A DNA stretch of 64,000 bases, from NCBI GenBank assembly GCA_965649295.1, contig CBFGKH010000003.1:64001-128000 (forward strand), in the 5' to 3' direction. Below the pieces are notes generated by a model, which was given only the letters and a program-made list of their open reading frames with translations, had not been told where the DNA came from and did not search any database. The stretch is from a candidate division WOR-3 bacterium (GTDB lineage: Bacteria; Hydrothermota; Tepidihabitantia; Tepidihabitantales; Tepidihabitantaceae). Of this stretch, positions 7,468 to 18,372 are shown one piece after another. Positions within the stretch are counted from its first letter, which is position 1. Every line of letters starts with the position of its first letter. The translations under genes and the position numbers were made by a program.

Positions 7468-8832
7468 TCATTGCAGGCGGGCGAGTTCGAGCGCAGCCCG
7501 AACCGTCGGCACTGGGAATAGCTCTATCCCAGAATGACGGATGCGGCCTGATGCGGCCGGTAATGCCACCTTGCGAAAGCCGAGCCGCGATGCTTCGGCC
7601 ACGCGCGCCTCGGTTCGCGCAACCGACCGGACTTCGCCGCCCAACCCAACCTCACCGATGAAGACTGCATCCTCAGGCAGCGGCTGATTGCGAATTGATG
7701 AAGCGATGGCCGCAACCACTGCCAGGTCGGCGGCTGGTTCGACAATCTTCAGTCCGCCGGCAACGTTGATGAAAACATCCTGGCCGGCTGCTGAGACCCC
7801 GGCCCGCCGTTCGAGCACAGCTATCAGCATCGCCAGCCGCCGACCATCAAAGCCGGTGGCAACGCGCTGCGGCAGGGCAAAAGGTGTGGCCGCGGCCAAG
7901 GCCTGCACCTCAACCAAGAGCGGCCGGGTGCCCTCGATTGTCGCGACCACTGCCGAACCCGAGACATCAGCACGGCGGCCGGAAAGAAAGAACTCTGACG
8001 GATTTGAGACCTCTATCAGTCCCGACTCGGTCATCTCGAACACGCCAATCTCGTTCGTCGAACCGTAGCGGTTCTTGGCCGCCCGAACGATTCGATACTG
8101 CTGGTAGCCCTCGCCCTCAAAGTAGAGGACCGTGTCAACCATGTGTTCAAGCGTCTTCGGCCCGGCAATCAGACCATACTTGGTCACGTGGCCAACAACA
8201 AAGGTAGTGAAGGTGCGGCTCTTGGCCAGCCGTAGCAGCTCGGCCGTGCATTCGCGCACCTGACCGACACTGCCCGGCGCACTGGTCAGGCTCGAACGAT
8301 AGACTGTCTGAATCGAATCAACTACCAGCAGCGACGGATTCAACTCCTCGACCGCCGTGACGATTTCGTCAATATCAATTGTGCAGAGCAGGTGAATCCC
8401 ATCAGCGAGCGCACCCAGTCGCTCAGCCCGCAACCGTAGTTGCTCGGCCGATTCCTCGCCAGTGACATAGAGTACTGGCCGGCCAGCTTGGGCAATCCGC
8501 TGACAAACCTGCAGGGTGAGCGTTGACTTGCCGATGCCGGGTTCGCCGCCAATCAGGAGTAACGAACCTGGGACCAGACCGCCGCCCAGCACCCGATCCA
8601 GTTCGCCAATACCGGTTGCCAGTCGCTGTTGGGCCTGCGGCGCGATTTGGCTCAACCGCACCGGTCGCGCGCCAGTCGTGCCACTACGACTGCGTTCGGC
8701 CGGTGGCCGGGTTGGCCGCAGCTCCTCGACCAGCGTGTTCCAGGCCCCGCAGCCCGGACAATGACCAAGCCAACGCGGAGACTCCTGTCCACAATTCTGA
8801 CAGACAAAGACCGAACGACTCTTAGCTGGCAA
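7468..8832 (-). CDS. radA: DNA repair protein RadA/Sms
   Basis: C4 Zn finger, GGEPGIGKST, KNRYG, Lon-like C-terminus. Confidence 0.97.
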   Translation of the reverse strand: MPAKSRSVFVCQNCGQESPRWLGHCPGCGAWNTLVEELRPTRPPAERSRSGTTGARPVRLSQIAPQAQQRLATGIGELDRVLGGGLVPGSLLLIGGEPGIGKSTLTLQVCQRIAQAGRPVLYVTGEESAEQLRLRAERLGALADGIHLLCTIDIDEIVTAVEELNPSLLVVDSIQTVYRSSLTSAPGSVGQVRECTAELLRLAKSRTFTTFVVGHVTKYGLIAGPKTLEHMVDTVLYFEGEGYQQYRIVRAAKNRYGSTNEIGVFEMTESGLIEVSNPSEFFLSGRRADVSGSAVVATIEGTRPLLVEVQALAAATPFALPQRVATGFDGRRLAMLIAVLERRAGVSAAGQDVFINVAGGLKIVEPAADLAVVAAIASSIRNQPLPEDAVFIGEVGLGGEVRSVARTEARVAEASRLGFRKVALPAASGRIRHSGIELFPVPTVRAALELARLQ

Positions 8833-8856
8833 GTTTGGCCCCTCGTAACCTGGCGC

Positions 8857-10263
8857 TCATTCGGGTAGCTCGTCCTCGTAGTCAATGCTCGGTTCCGGCT
8901 GCTCTGGTGGCCGACCGACATACGGATTCTCGAACCGCATACAGTGGCCCAAGTAGGTGAGCCGGACAGTTCCGAGCGGGCCGTTCCGCTGCTTGGCTAC
9001 CATCACTTCTGCCTGACCGCGCACACTCTCGTCATCAGGATTGTAGAACTCGGCGCGGTAGAGCATCAGGACAAGGTCGGCATCCTGCTCAATCGCACCC
9101 GATTCGCGCAGGTCAGAAAGCTGGGGCCGACGCTCTCCCCCGCGGGTCTCCGGTGCCCGCGAAAGCTGAGAAATGACCACCACCGGCAGATTGAGCTCCT
9201 TGGCCATCGCCTTGAGGCCGCGAGTGATTTCCGATATCTCCTGCTGCCGGTTGCGCTCACGGCGATTCGTCTGATGCGACTCCATCAGTTGCAGGTAGTC
9301 AATGACGATTAGCCCAAGCTGTACCTCAGACCGGAGCCGCCGGGCCCGGGCGCGGATATCAAGCGCGCTCAGGCCAGGCGAATCATCAATGTAAAGCTGG
9401 GCCTCGCTCAACGGGCCGAGAACGTTTGCCAGTCGCGAGTGCTCCTCCCGGGTCAGTCGGCCAGCCCGCAGATTCTTCATCGAGACCCCGGCCTCCGAAC
9501 ACATCAGCCGCTGGACCAGCGACTCGGTGGACATCTCCAAGCTGAAGATGGCCACTGGCAGACCAGTACGGGCGGCCGCGTTGACCGCCACGTTGAGAGC
9601 AAAGGCGGTCTTGCCCATCGAGGGCCGGCCGGCCACAATCACTAGCTCGCCTGGCTGCAGCCCGGACGTCATTTCGTCAAGCTCATGGAACCCGGTCTCA
9701 ACCCCGGTAATCAGCTTGCGTTGCTCCATCGCCCGATAGACCCGCTCCATCTCGGTCATCAGCAGGTCCTTGACCTTGACAAACCGTTTGCGGGCCCCGG
9801 CCTCCCGAATCTCAAATATCTTCTGCTCCGCCTCCTCCAGCAGCTCAGCCGCGCTTCGTTCTTCGTCGAATCCGGCCTGGACAATCTCGGTGGCCGTCTG
9901 AATGAGCTGACGCTGGATTGACTTTTCGAGCACAATTCGGGCGTGCTCCTCGCAGTTGGCCGTGGTCAGCACCGAGTCGAGTAACGCCGAAAGAAAAGCC
10001 GGGCCACCGACCGCATCCAGTTCCTTGGTTCGCTGCAGTTCGGCAGTCACGGTCACAATGTCGGTCGGCGAGTTCTGCTCGAAGAGCCGCAGTATTGCCT
10101 GATAGACACGGCGGTGAGCTTGCAGGTAGAAGTTCTCGGGCCGTAGCAACGCAATCACTGTCGGCACGGTGCGGGGCTCAAGCAGCATCGCCCCGAGCAC
10201 TGCCGCCTCGGCTTCGAGTGACTGCGGCGGCTTGCGAACGCTGTCGGTCGAATCAGCCGTCAC
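8857..10263 (-). CDS. dnaB: Replicative DNA helicase
   Basis: PPQSLEAE, GRPSMGKT, IDYLQL, SDLRESGAIEQDAD. Confidence 0.98.
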   Translation of the reverse strand: MTADSTDSVRKPPQSLEAEAAVLGAMLLEPRTVPTVIALLRPENFYLQAHRRVYQAILRLFEQNSPTDIVTVTAELQRTKELDAVGGPAFLSALLDSVLTTANCEEHARIVLEKSIQRQLIQTATEIVQAGFDEERSAAELLEEAEQKIFEIREAGARKRFVKVKDLLMTEMERVYRAMEQRKLITGVETGFHELDEMTSGLQPGELVIVAGRPSMGKTAFALNVAVNAAARTGLPVAIFSLEMSTESLVQRLMCSEAGVSMKNLRAGRLTREEHSRLANVLGPLSEAQLYIDDSPGLSALDIRARARRLRSEVQLGLIVIDYLQLMESHQTNRRERNRQQEISEITRGLKAMAKELNLPVVVISQLSRAPETRGGERRPQLSDLRESGAIEQDADLVLMLYRAEFYNPDDESVRGQAEVMVAKQRNGPLGTVRLTYLGHCMRFENPYVGRPPEQPEPSIDYEDELPE

Positions 10264-11534
10264 GATGTGACCCTTCCTTTCCGACTACTGGCAGCTCGGG
10301 CCTGCCACAACTTGGCAATCGTCGCCACCAGTTGCCGGGCAAACTCCTCTTTGGACATTGCTGGCAGCCGGCGCGACCGGCCGTCAGCAGAAAACAACCG
10401 GGCAGTAATCTCCTCGGCACCGGCGGTGCGGAACGGATTAGCAACAATCAGGTCGAGCTTCTTGGCAGCCAGCTTGGCGCGAGCGCGTGCCTCGGAATCG
10501 TCAAGGGAGAAGCCCACCACCAGACCGGGATGAGGCCGCGCTGCCACAGCCTCAAGAATGTCCGGCGTTCTGGTCAATTCGAGCGTCAGTCGGTTGTCGT
10601 GATACTTGGTCGGGCTGAGTCGCACCGGCTGATAGTCGGCAACCGCCGCGCACATCACCAGCACATCGGTCTGCGGCAGCAGCTTGAGCACAGTCTCCTT
10701 CATTTTCCGGGCAGCGGGCGCACTGGTCGTCGGGATGTGCTCTGGTACTGGCACCGAAAGAGCACCAGCAACCAGCCGCACCCGGGCACCAGCCGCCGCT
10801 GCGGCCTGGGCAATGGCCAGGCCAGTGCGACCGCTCGAACGATTGGTGATGATCCGCGCCGGGTCAATTGGTTCCTCAGTCCGACCAGCAGTGACAACGA
10901 ACCGAACGCCCGCGAGCGGTCGGCACTCAGCACCGCTGGCTCGGCGCAACAGCGCCGCCTCACCGGCCGCAAAGATAGCCGCTGGCTCGGCCATCCTACC
11001 CGGCCCGGTGGTGCCACAGGCCAGCTCTCCAGTGCCAGGCTGAATCAACCGGTAGCCGTATTCAACAAGGCGGCTGATGTTTGCCTGCACCGCTGGCTGA
11101 TGCCACATGTTCGTATTCATTGCTGGTGCCAGCAGCACCCGGCCAGACCTGACCACCTCAGCCGGTATTGCCAGAAGAACGGTTGAGAGAAGGTCGTCAG
11201 CAATGCCGTTCGCCAGCTTACCGATAATATTGGCTGTCGCCGGTGCGACGATAACCAGGTCAGCCGAACTCGCTAGGTCAACGTGCGGGATACGGGCAGA
11301 GTCGCGGTTGGTTTGCGGCCGAACCTTGGGAAAGAGGTCAACCGCAACCGGGTTTCCGGTCAGCGCCCGAAACGATTCCGGCCCGACAAAACGGCGCGCA
11401 GCACGAGTCATCACCGCGGTGACATCCCAGCCAGCGCGTTTCATCAACCGGACAAGTTCAAGCGACTTATAGGCGGCAATACCGCCGCTTATCCCGAGCA
11501 GAACGCGGTAGGAGGAAACAGTCCGCTGCCTCAC
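10260..11534 (-). CDS. coaBC: Phosphopantothenoylcysteine decarboxylase/ligase
   Basis: GISGGIAAYK, APATAN, PAMNTNM, GELACG, ITNRSSG. Confidence 0.96.
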   Translation of the reverse strand: MRQRTVSSYRVLLGISGGIAAYKSLELVRLMKRAGWDVTAVMTRAARRFVGPESFRALTGNPVAVDLFPKVRPQTNRDSARIPHVDLASSADLVIVAPATANIIGKLANGIADDLLSTVLLAIPAEVVRSGRVLLAPAMNTNMWHQPAVQANISRLVEYGYRLIQPGTGELACGTTGPGRMAEPAAIFAAGEAALLRRASGAECRPLAGVRFVVTAGRTEEPIDPARIITNRSSGRTGLAIAQAAAAAGARVRLVAGALSVPVPEHIPTTSAPAARKMKETVLKLLPQTDVLVMCAAVADYQPVRLSPTKYHDNRLTLELTRTPDILEAVAARPHPGLVVGFSLDDSEARARAKLAAKKLDLIVANPFRTAGAEEITARLFSADGRSRRLPAMSKEEFARQLVATIAKLWQARAASSRKGRVTS

Positions 11535-11568
11535 GCCGGACGCACCCGCGACTGGCTAAGAGCGAAAC

Positions 11569-11850
11569 CTAGAGCAGCGGCTGCGGCCGGACGAATGGTC
11601 TTGGCATTACTGGCTCGTCAAACGTCGCCCGCGCCATGGCCTCGATATCGGCCTCGGTCAGCTTTGCCCACTTTATCTCGCCGGCAAGAGCACGCTCCAG
11701 CGCCAGCTCGTATGGATTCTGGTTGAGCTGGACCTCGTCGCGGTGCATCCCTTCAATGAGCCGGCGTGCTTCGAGGGCAGCCACATTGATCGCCAGATAC
11801 TTGTTCTGATAGCGGGCAGCCAGTCGTTCCGGTGAAATCAGCTTCATCAC
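11569..11850 (-). CDS. rpoZ: RNA polymerase omega subunit
   Basis: NKYLAINVAALEARRL; gmk-rpoZ-coaBC synteny. Confidence 0.85.
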   Translation of the reverse strand: MMKLISPERLAARYQNKYLAINVAALEARRLIEGMHRDEVQLNQNPYELALERALAGEIKWAKLTEADIEAMARATFDEPVMPRPFVRPQPLL

Positions 11851-12512
11851 TAGTCTCCTTTGGGTTGGCGCCGGGCCAGGAGCCTCTTCATTTCCGGACT
11901 CATTCGCGATGTCCGCAGCCGCTCGGCGCGGATTATCGCCATCACGTCGCGGATTGCCTGGTCCAGGCGATCATTAACCACCACATAGTCAAATTCGGGC
12001 ACTGCTGCCAGTTCAGCATCGAGTTCCGCCTCACGACGCCGGATTACCTCGGTTGAATCGGTACCCCGGCTGCGCAGCCGTCGGGCCAGTTCGCGCCGAC
12101 TGGGCGGAACGATGAAGATGCCAACAGTTCCCGGCAGGGCCTGCTTGCAGGAACGCATGCCCTGAATGTCGAGATCGGCAATTACGTCGCGGCCGCGGCG
12201 AAACTGTGCAAATACCGGCCGCTTCGGCGTGCCGTAATAATAATCATAAACCCGGGCGCTTTCCAGCAATTCGCCACGCTTCAGCAATTCCTGAAACCGG
12301 GCCGGCGAGTAGAAGAAATAGCTCTGACCGTGGACTTCGCCGGGCCGGCGCGGCCGAGTCGTCGCCGAAACCGAGTAGGCAACGCTGGAATCAGCCTTAA
12401 CCACACCCCGGCAGATGCTGGTCTTGCCTGCTCCTGAAGGTGACGAGAGCACGACCAAGAAAGGCTGGTGCCGCCTAACCAGCCTGGCAGCACTTCGGCC
12501 ACTACTCGACAT
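11850..12512 (-). CDS. gmk: Guanylate kinase
   Basis: SSPSGAGKT, SATTRPRRPGE, YYGTP. Confidence 0.97.
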   Translation of the reverse strand: MSSSGRSAARLVRRHQPFLVVLSSPSGAGKTSICRGVVKADSSVAYSVSATTRPRRPGEVHGQSYFFYSPARFQELLKRGELLESARVYDYYYGTPKRPVFAQFRRGRDVIADLDIQGMRSCKQALPGTVGIFIVPPSRRELARRLRSRGTDSTEVIRRREAELDAELAAVPEFDYVVVNDRLDQAIRDVMAIIRAERLRTSRMSPEMKRLLARRQPKGD

Positions 12513-13377
12513 TCCTAACCTGTTCCTTCAGTTTCTCGATCTCGCCCTTGATCTCGATGGCGCGACGCGAAATCACCATGTCCCGGGCTTTGGCCGCAAG
12601 CGTATCGGTTTCGCGCAGCATCTCTTGGGCAATGAAGTCGAGTTTCTTGCCCGAAGTTGCCGACGAGGCCAGCGCCCGGGCAAACATCGTGCAATGTGAA
12701 CGAAGCCGAACACACTCCTCATGGATATCCACCCGTTCGCTGATGAAGGCAACTTCCTCCAGAATCCGCCGCGAATCGGCCTCGATGTTCAAGTCTTTGA
12801 GCTGAGCAAGCAGGTTCTCGCGCCGCTCCCGCAACCGCTCTGGCACTCGACGTTCGATCGCTTGCACCGCCCGCTTGATCCGACCGATGCGCTTGCGCAA
12901 ATCACGCACCAGTGCTGTCCCTTCGGCCCGCTGCATCTGGACAAGATTACTAAGAGCCTTGACAATAACCTTGCGCGCCTGGCGCCAGAGCCGGCCACGA
13001 TTGGCATCCGGCTTCTGGGATGTCACAATCCCCGGATAGCTCAAGACGGTGTTGACATCAAGCTCGCCGGCGATGCCGTGCTTGGCTATAAGCTCTCGGG
13101 CAAGCCGCAGGTAATCGCGCAGTAACCGGCGGTCAAGAACCAACGTTGGCGCTTCGGCGTTCTCGTCAAGACTAACCTGCAACTGAACATAGCCACGTCG
13201 CACTCGGCGGCGGACAAGGTCGCGGATTTCGCTCTCATAACCGGCTAGGGCCGGCGGTAACCGCGGTACCAGTTCCAGATACTTATGGTTGACCGAACGG
13301 ATATCAACAACAATCTTGCTGTTCCAGGGAGGCAGCAACGCCTCAGCCCGACCCACACCGGTCATGCTCTTTATCAT
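12502..13377 (-). CDS. yicC: YicC/YloC family endoribonuclease
   Basis: MIKSMTG, SVNHKYL, GKKLDFIAQE, EQVRNVE. Confidence 0.95.
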   Translation of the reverse strand: MIKSMTGVGRAEALLPPWNSKIVVDIRSVNHKYLELVPRLPPALAGYESEIRDLVRRRVRRGYVQLQVSLDENAEAPTLVLDRRLLRDYLRLARELIAKHGIAGELDVNTVLSYPGIVTSQKPDANRGRLWRQARKVIVKALSNLVQMQRAEGTALVRDLRKRIGRIKRAVQAIERRVPERLRERRENLLAQLKDLNIEADSRRILEEVAFISERVDIHEECVRLRSHCTMFARALASSATSGKKLDFIAQEMLRETDTLAAKARDMVISRRAIEIKGEIEKLKEQVRNVE

Positions 13378-13842
13378 CTAGACAACTCCCTTGCGGTCAT
13401 CGGCCTTGGTATCAAGAATTAGAGTTACCGGTCCGTCGTTCAGCAACTCAACCTGCATGTGCGCTCCGAATCTGCCTGTACGGACCGGCACCCCTTGGCA
13501 GGCAAGCTCAGTCACGAAACGGTCAACCAACTGCCGGGCACGATCCGGCGGACAGGCAGCGGTGAAGCTTGGCCGCAGCCCCCGGCTCGTATCAGCCAGC
13601 AGTGTAAACTGCGATACCACCAGGGCCGAGCCGTGAGTGTCCAGCAACGACCGGTTCATCTTACCGGCGGCATCCTCGAATATTCGCAGTCTGGCAACCT
13701 TGGCAGCGAGAGCTGCGCAATCCTGCTCGTTATCGCCGTGACCAACACCAACCAATAGCAGCAGACCGTTGCCAATCTCGCCGACCGTCTCCGCGTCCAC
13801 TGTAACGCGGGCCCGACTCACGCGCTGGAGCACGACCCTCAC
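13378..13842 (-). CDS. dtd: D-aminoacyl-tRNA deacylase
   Basis: [19 protein letters not shown]. Confidence 0.97.
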   Translation of the reverse strand: MRVVLQRVSRARVTVDAETVGEIGNGLLLLVGVGHGDNEQDCAALAAKVARLRIFEDAAGKMNRSLLDTHGSALVVSQFTLLADTSRGLRPSFTAACPPDRARQLVDRFVTELACQGVPVRTGRFGAHMQVELLNDGPVTLILDTKADDRKGVV

Positions 13843-14480
13843 TTCGACCTTGAGCGCGAAAACACCAACCGGGCCACGGCCTGGGCAAAGCTACGGGCAT
13901 CCTCAGCACGAGCAGCGGTGACTATGAGATTGTCGGTGACAACCGCTCGGTGACTATACCGAGCTCCGTGCTCACGGATGTACTGGACCGCATAGCGGTC
14001 GCGAGCAACCGTGGCTCGACGATTTTTGAGCACGCCAGCCCGGGCAAGCGTTATCGGTGCGGTCCCAATTCCAGCTAGCACGCGGCCGGCTGCCGCAAAT
14101 TGCCGGCAGACAGCATGCAACAAAGTGTCGTCCCAGTAAAGAGTCTGGCCCGGCCCGCTGAGCAGTACCAGCCCGGCAAAATCGCCAACAACGACATCAC
14201 GCAGGGTCAGGTCAGGAGCAACGACAAGCCGATTGTCACGGTTAGTGCTAACGCAGACTCCAGAATCCGCTGCCAGTACCCGATAATAAATGCCGGCACG
14301 GGAAATTGTGCCAGTAACCTGTTCATATTCGCTGGCATTGAACAACCGCTGGGGTACAAAGAGGAGCACAGTGTTGCCAGCTCCGGACGGAATGTCAGTA
14401 TTGGTAGGCCTTGGTACCACCGGCGGTTGAGCAATGGCTGCAGCAACAACCAGAACCAGCACTGTCAGCGGCTTGCGCAT
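13839..14480 (-). CDS. DJ-1/PfpI family protein with signal peptide
   Basis: DJ-1 fold motifs ([21 protein letters not shown]); ATG 14480 lies just downstream of TTGACT-16-TATCCT. Confidence 0.8.
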   Translation of the reverse strand: MRKPLTVLVLVVAAAIAQPPVVPRPTNTDIPSGAGNTVLLFVPQRLFNASEYEQVTGTISRAGIYYRVLAADSGVCVSTNRDNRLVVAPDLTLRDVVVGDFAGLVLLSGPGQTLYWDDTLLHAVCRQFAAAGRVLAGIGTAPITLARAGVLKNRRATVARDRYAVQYIREHGARYSHRAVVTDNLIVTAARAEDARSFAQAVARLVFSRSRSK

Positions 14481-14573
14481 ATGGTAGCGTAGGATATCCG
14501 CTGCCGTAGGCAAGTCAAGCAGCCAGCCCTGACCGGCCATTGACCGATGCTGGTCACAACTCTATCCTACTCC

Positions 14574-15419
14574 GTGCCTGAACTGCCCGAGCTCGAAGTG
14601 ACTAAAGACCGGTTGCGCCTGGCACTTGCTGGTCGGCTGATTGTCGGCGCCGAAGTCCGCTCGCCGGTTGCTCTCAAGACGGTCACGCCGCCGCTCGAGG
14701 CGCTGGCCGGCAAGCACATCCGCTCGGTCACTCGACTCGGCAAGGTCATCTGCATCGTCTGCGACGAGAAGCTGCACCTCTGCATTCACCTGATGCTTTC
14801 TGGCCGCTTCGCCTGCGGACCGACCAAGGCACCGCTGACACACCTCCACGCATTTGCCCTCCATCTCGACCAGGACGAGGACCTGAGCATCATCGAGGAC
14901 TCGACCCATCACCGCCTCAGTGTCTATGTCGTCACCGACCCGCAGCAGCTCGACCTCGTCAGCCGGCTTGGCCCTGACCCGCTCACCCCGGAGTTCACGC
15001 TGGTCCGGCTCCGCCAGTTGCTCAGCCGCCGCTCGCGCACGCTCAAGCGCTTTCTTACCGACCAGTCGGCCATTGCCGGCATCGGCAATTGCTTCTCTGA
15101 TGAGATTCTGTTCGAGGCACGGCTCTCGCCATTTGCCATCTCAACCGCTCTCAAGCCCGAGGAAACGATCCGGCTCTATATGGCAACTAGGAAAACGCTA
15201 CAGAACGCTATTCTTCACCTCCGCAAGCTCAACCGTCTGCCCGAACAGCGTGACCGGACGTTCCTACGAGTCCACGGACGCCTTGACGAGCCCTGCCCGG
15301 TCTGCGCCACGCCAATCAAACGGGTGAGCTTCGCCGAATCTACGCTCTACTACTGCCCGCAATGCCAGACCGGTGGCAAGGAAATCGCCGACCGCCGTTT
15401 CTCCAAATTCCTCAAGTGA
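14574..15419 (+). CDS. mutM: Fpg/Nei family DNA glycosylase
   Basis: N-terminal PELPE, HLMLSG, H2TH GIGNCFSDE, C4 Zn finger; GTG 14574 puts the catalytic Pro at position 2. Confidence 0.9.
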   Translation: MPELPELEVTKDRLRLALAGRLIVGAEVRSPVALKTVTPPLEALAGKHIRSVTRLGKVICIVCDEKLHLCIHLMLSGRFACGPTKAPLTHLHAFALHLDQDEDLSIIEDSTHHRLSVYVVTDPQQLDLVSRLGPDPLTPEFTLVRLRQLLSRRSRTLKRFLTDQSAIAGIGNCFSDEILFEARLSPFAISTALKPEETIRLYMATRKTLQNAILHLRKLNRLPEQRDRTFLRVHGRLDEPCPVCATPIKRVSFAESTLYYCPQCQTGGKEIADRRFSKFLK

Positions 15420-15564
15420 CAGGCACAATGGCCGGACTCAACACAAAAACACTAAGACCACAATTACACAGCCGAACTCTCAATCTGGGTCAGACGCCAG
15501 TCACCTCCTCACTTCTATCTTCGATCGCTTGGTACCTTTGTATCTTGGTGGTAAATCCTCTCTG

Positions 15565-16692
15565 ATGCTCACGTCGGTCTGCTCCGAGATTGGCCGCGGC
15601 CACCCGGCCTATCTCGATGCGGTGCTGGCTGCCCTTGACCGGCTCGCACCGGACGCCCTGCCAAACAAAAGACGGTTCTCCGTGCTCGACCTCTGCAGCG
15701 GTGTTTCTGCTCGCGCTTGGCGTGCAGCCAAATCGCTCTATTATCTCGGAGCCAGGGGCGGTGTGCTGTTGTCGCTCTACAACCGCTTCCGCCGACCCGA
15801 CTCGGTCCCTTCGGCCCTGCAACTGAACCTGCTCGGTTCGGACCTGCGCCGCCACTTCGCTGGATTCACCGGCGTCTGCATCGTTGACCACCCGCTGCTT
15901 GCCCGCATCCTCGCCCCAGTCTGCCGCGTCGCCTACGTCCACGGCGAATTGAGCGCGCCGCGCGTCGCCGCCGTCCCCGGTGCATGGCGTATCTTCGTAC
16001 CGGTGGAATCGACTCGCGAGAAACTGCTGGCTGTCGGCGGAGAGCTGTCGGCCATCCGTGTCTCCGGACTTGTCATCCATCCCGCACTGACAGCGGGCGT
16101 TGAGTCGGCGTTCGTGAATCGCTGCGGCCGGCTGCAATCCGATGCCCCGCTCACGGTCGGGTTCTTCACCTCCGGCGCCTATCCGAAACCGCATATGGAG
16201 CGACTGCTGGCCGCGGTCGTCTCGGTCACTCGCGCCGGTCACCGCGCCATTATCTTCTGGGGCGCGGGCTGGCTGCGCGCGGCCAAAACTCAAGCAGTCC
16301 TGCGCATGCACGCAGTACCTGACGACGCTGTGCAGATGGTCTGGGCACGTGACCGTCAGGCCGAAGCGACCAAGGTCGCGGAATTGCTGCCTAGTCTTGA
16401 CGTGATGGTTGCGGCGGCGCACGAACGCACCGTCTGGGCGCTCGGACTTGGCTTACCGCTCTTTGCCCTATTTCCCCACATCGGCCCGTTCGCCTACGAG
16501 AACTTCACCGTCGCGCTGGAGCACGGCGTCATCGAACCAATCGCCAAGTACGAGAATGCACTCGGTCTTGCCGATACCCTCGGCCAGTTACGCGCTTCTG
16601 GCCGCCTTGTGGCAATGGCCCGCGCCGGCTGGGGCCGGTATTCGATTGCCGGCGCCGAAACCACCGCTCGGGAGCTACTAACAGCAATCTAA
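15565..16692 (+). CDS. Hypothetical protein, possibly glycosyltransferase-like fold
   Basis: Long ORF with normal codon usage; start uncertain. Confidence 0.6.
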   Translation: MLTSVCSEIGRGHPAYLDAVLAALDRLAPDALPNKRRFSVLDLCSGVSARAWRAAKSLYYLGARGGVLLSLYNRFRRPDSVPSALQLNLLGSDLRRHFAGFTGVCIVDHPLLARILAPVCRVAYVHGELSAPRVAAVPGAWRIFVPVESTREKLLAVGGELSAIRVSGLVIHPALTAGVESAFVNRCGRLQSDAPLTVGFFTSGAYPKPHMERLLAAVVSVTRAGHRAIIFWGAGWLRAAKTQAVLRMHAVPDDAVQMVWARDRQAEATKVAELLPSLDVMVAAAHERTVWALGLGLPLFALFPHIGPFAYENFTVALEHGVIEPIAKYENALGLADTLGQLRASGRLVAMARAGWGRYSIAGAETTARELLTAI

Positions 16693-16757
16693 CCGGGGTA
16701 CAAGATAATACTTGACAGCCCAGCCCATTTTGGTATTCTAGTGCAGGATTACTATAT

Positions 16758-17198
16758 ATGAGCAACAACGGTTCCTCAAACCTGTTTCGGGTCTCCGAGG
16801 CGGCCAACCTCGCGCTGCACTCGATGGCGGTCCTGGCTGGCGCCGGTGATGCGCTGGTCACGACCCACGAAATAGCCCGCCGGCTGCGGGCGTCTGAACA
16901 TCATCTGGCTAAGGTGCTGTTGCAGCTCGAGCGCGCCGGTCTTGTTCAGGGCGTGCGTGGGCCGTCTGGCGGATATCGCCTGAGACGCTCGGCAGACCGC
17001 ATCAGCCTTCGCGAAGTATTCGAGGCCATCGAGGGGCCGATTCGCATCAGCAAGTGCATGTTCGGCACACCAGTTTGCGGCGGCAAAAAGTGCATCCTCG
17101 GCGGTTTCTTCGAAGACATCAACCAGCAGGTCGCGGACAAGCTAAACGAGACCAAGGTATCTGAAGTCATCCTTAGAATGGAGGCCAGACGTGGGTAA
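16758..17198 (+). CDS. Rrf2 family Fe-S transcriptional regulator
   Basis: HLAKVL..LERAGLV..VRGPSGGY wHTH; three C-terminal Cys. Confidence 0.93.
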   Translation: MSNNGSSNLFRVSEAANLALHSMAVLAGAGDALVTTHEIARRLRASEHHLAKVLLQLERAGLVQGVRGPSGGYRLRRSADRISLREVFEAIEGPIRISKCMFGTPVCGGKKCILGGFFEDINQQVADKLNETKVSEVILRMEARRG

Positions 17199-18006
17199 GA
17201 CAAGGAAGATAATTAGCGTCAACGAAGAGCTCTGCACCGGCTGCGGTAACTGTATCCCGAACTGCCCCGAGGGTGCCCTGCAGGTGATTGACGGCAAGGC
17301 CCGACTGGTCTCGGACCTGTTCTGCGATGGACTAGGCGCCTGTGTCGGGCACTGCCCGACCGGTGCGATGACAGTGGTCGAGCGCCCGGCCGAGCCATAC
17401 GACGAAGCCCGGGTGATGGCGAACATCGTGAAAGCGGGCCCGAACACGATCGCGGCCCATCTCAAGCATCTCAAGGACCACGGCGCCTGCGCCTACTACG
17501 ATGAAGCGGTTGCCTACCTAAAGAAGAACGGCATCCCGGTTCCTGGCGAGCAGAAGACGCTGGCCTGCGGTTGCCCCGGTTCGGCCGTACGCAACCTAAG
17601 CCCCGCGTCCGAATCCGACGCGCCGTCCGGTTCTCGTCCGTCCCGGCTGCGCAATTGGCCGATCCAGCTGATGCTGATACCAGTCTCGGCTCCGTACTTG
17701 AAGGACGCCGACCTGCTCATCGCGGCCGACTGCGTCGGCTCATCGCATCCCGACTTCCACGAGGAACTGGTGAAAGGCCGCGTGCTCGTCATCGCCTGTC
17801 CGAAGCTCGACGATGCCGACCACTACATCGAGAAGCTGACCGAGCTCTTCCGGGCGTACGTCCCGAAGTCGGTGACGGTCGCGCACATGACCGTCCCCTG
17901 CTGCTTCGGCTTGGGCCAGATTGTGAAGCAGGCTATCGCTGATTCCGGCCGGACCATTCCCTATGCCCAAATCACGGTGGACGTCAACGGCAAGGTAGCG
18001 AAATGA
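17191..18006 (+). CDS. 4Fe-4S ferredoxin-like protein
   Basis: CTGCGNC..CP, CDGLGAC..CP, WPIQL, ACPKLD, VPCC. Confidence 0.9.
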   Translation: MGKTRKIISVNEELCTGCGNCIPNCPEGALQVIDGKARLVSDLFCDGLGACVGHCPTGAMTVVERPAEPYDEARVMANIVKAGPNTIAAHLKHLKDHGACAYYDEAVAYLKKNGIPVPGEQKTLACGCPGSAVRNLSPASESDAPSGSRPSRLRNWPIQLMLIPVSAPYLKDADLLIAADCVGSSHPDFHEELVKGRVLVIACPKLDDADHYIEKLTELFRAYVPKSVTVAHMTVPCCFGLGQIVKQAIADSGRTIPYAQITVDVNGKVAK

Positions 18007-18347
18007 GCATCTGTCGCATCACGCCGGAGAGCGCGCCGGCCGTCCCCAACAACGTCGGGCTCGACGCCCGTCGGCTGCACAGCACTGAACACGTTGAGGT
18101 CGTCCATATATCACTCGCACCCGGCCAGAGCCTGCAGCGCCACGCCTCACCGGTTGATACCGCCTTCCTCATCGTTGAGGGCAAAGGAACTATTGAGTCG
18201 GGCACCGATCAGGTGCCGGTTCAGGCCGGCGAACTCATCCCCCACCCGGCCCGACAGATGCACCGAGTAATCAACAACAGCGCGGCCCGGCTGCGGTTTC
18301 TTGTCATCAAGACGCCACGGCCGACCGAGCCGCCGATATTCGAGTAA
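18003..18347 (+). CDS. Cupin domain protein
   Basis: H..P....IVEG and P....H cupin motifs. Confidence 0.85.
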   Translation: MSICRITPESAPAVPNNVGLDARRLHSTEHVEVVHISLAPGQSLQRHASPVDTAFLIVEGKGTIESGTDQVPVQAGELIPHPARQMHRVINNSAARLRFLVIKTPRPTEPPIFE

Positions 18348-18372
18348 TGACTCACCTGAAAGGAGTCCGAAA

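Noticed and set aside
9918..11186. 422-aa plus-strand ORF and the many other long overlapping ORFs in the track
   Set aside because: Antisense or alternate-frame shadows of clear genes (dnaB, coaBC etc.) in GC-rich DNA; no recognisable motifs.
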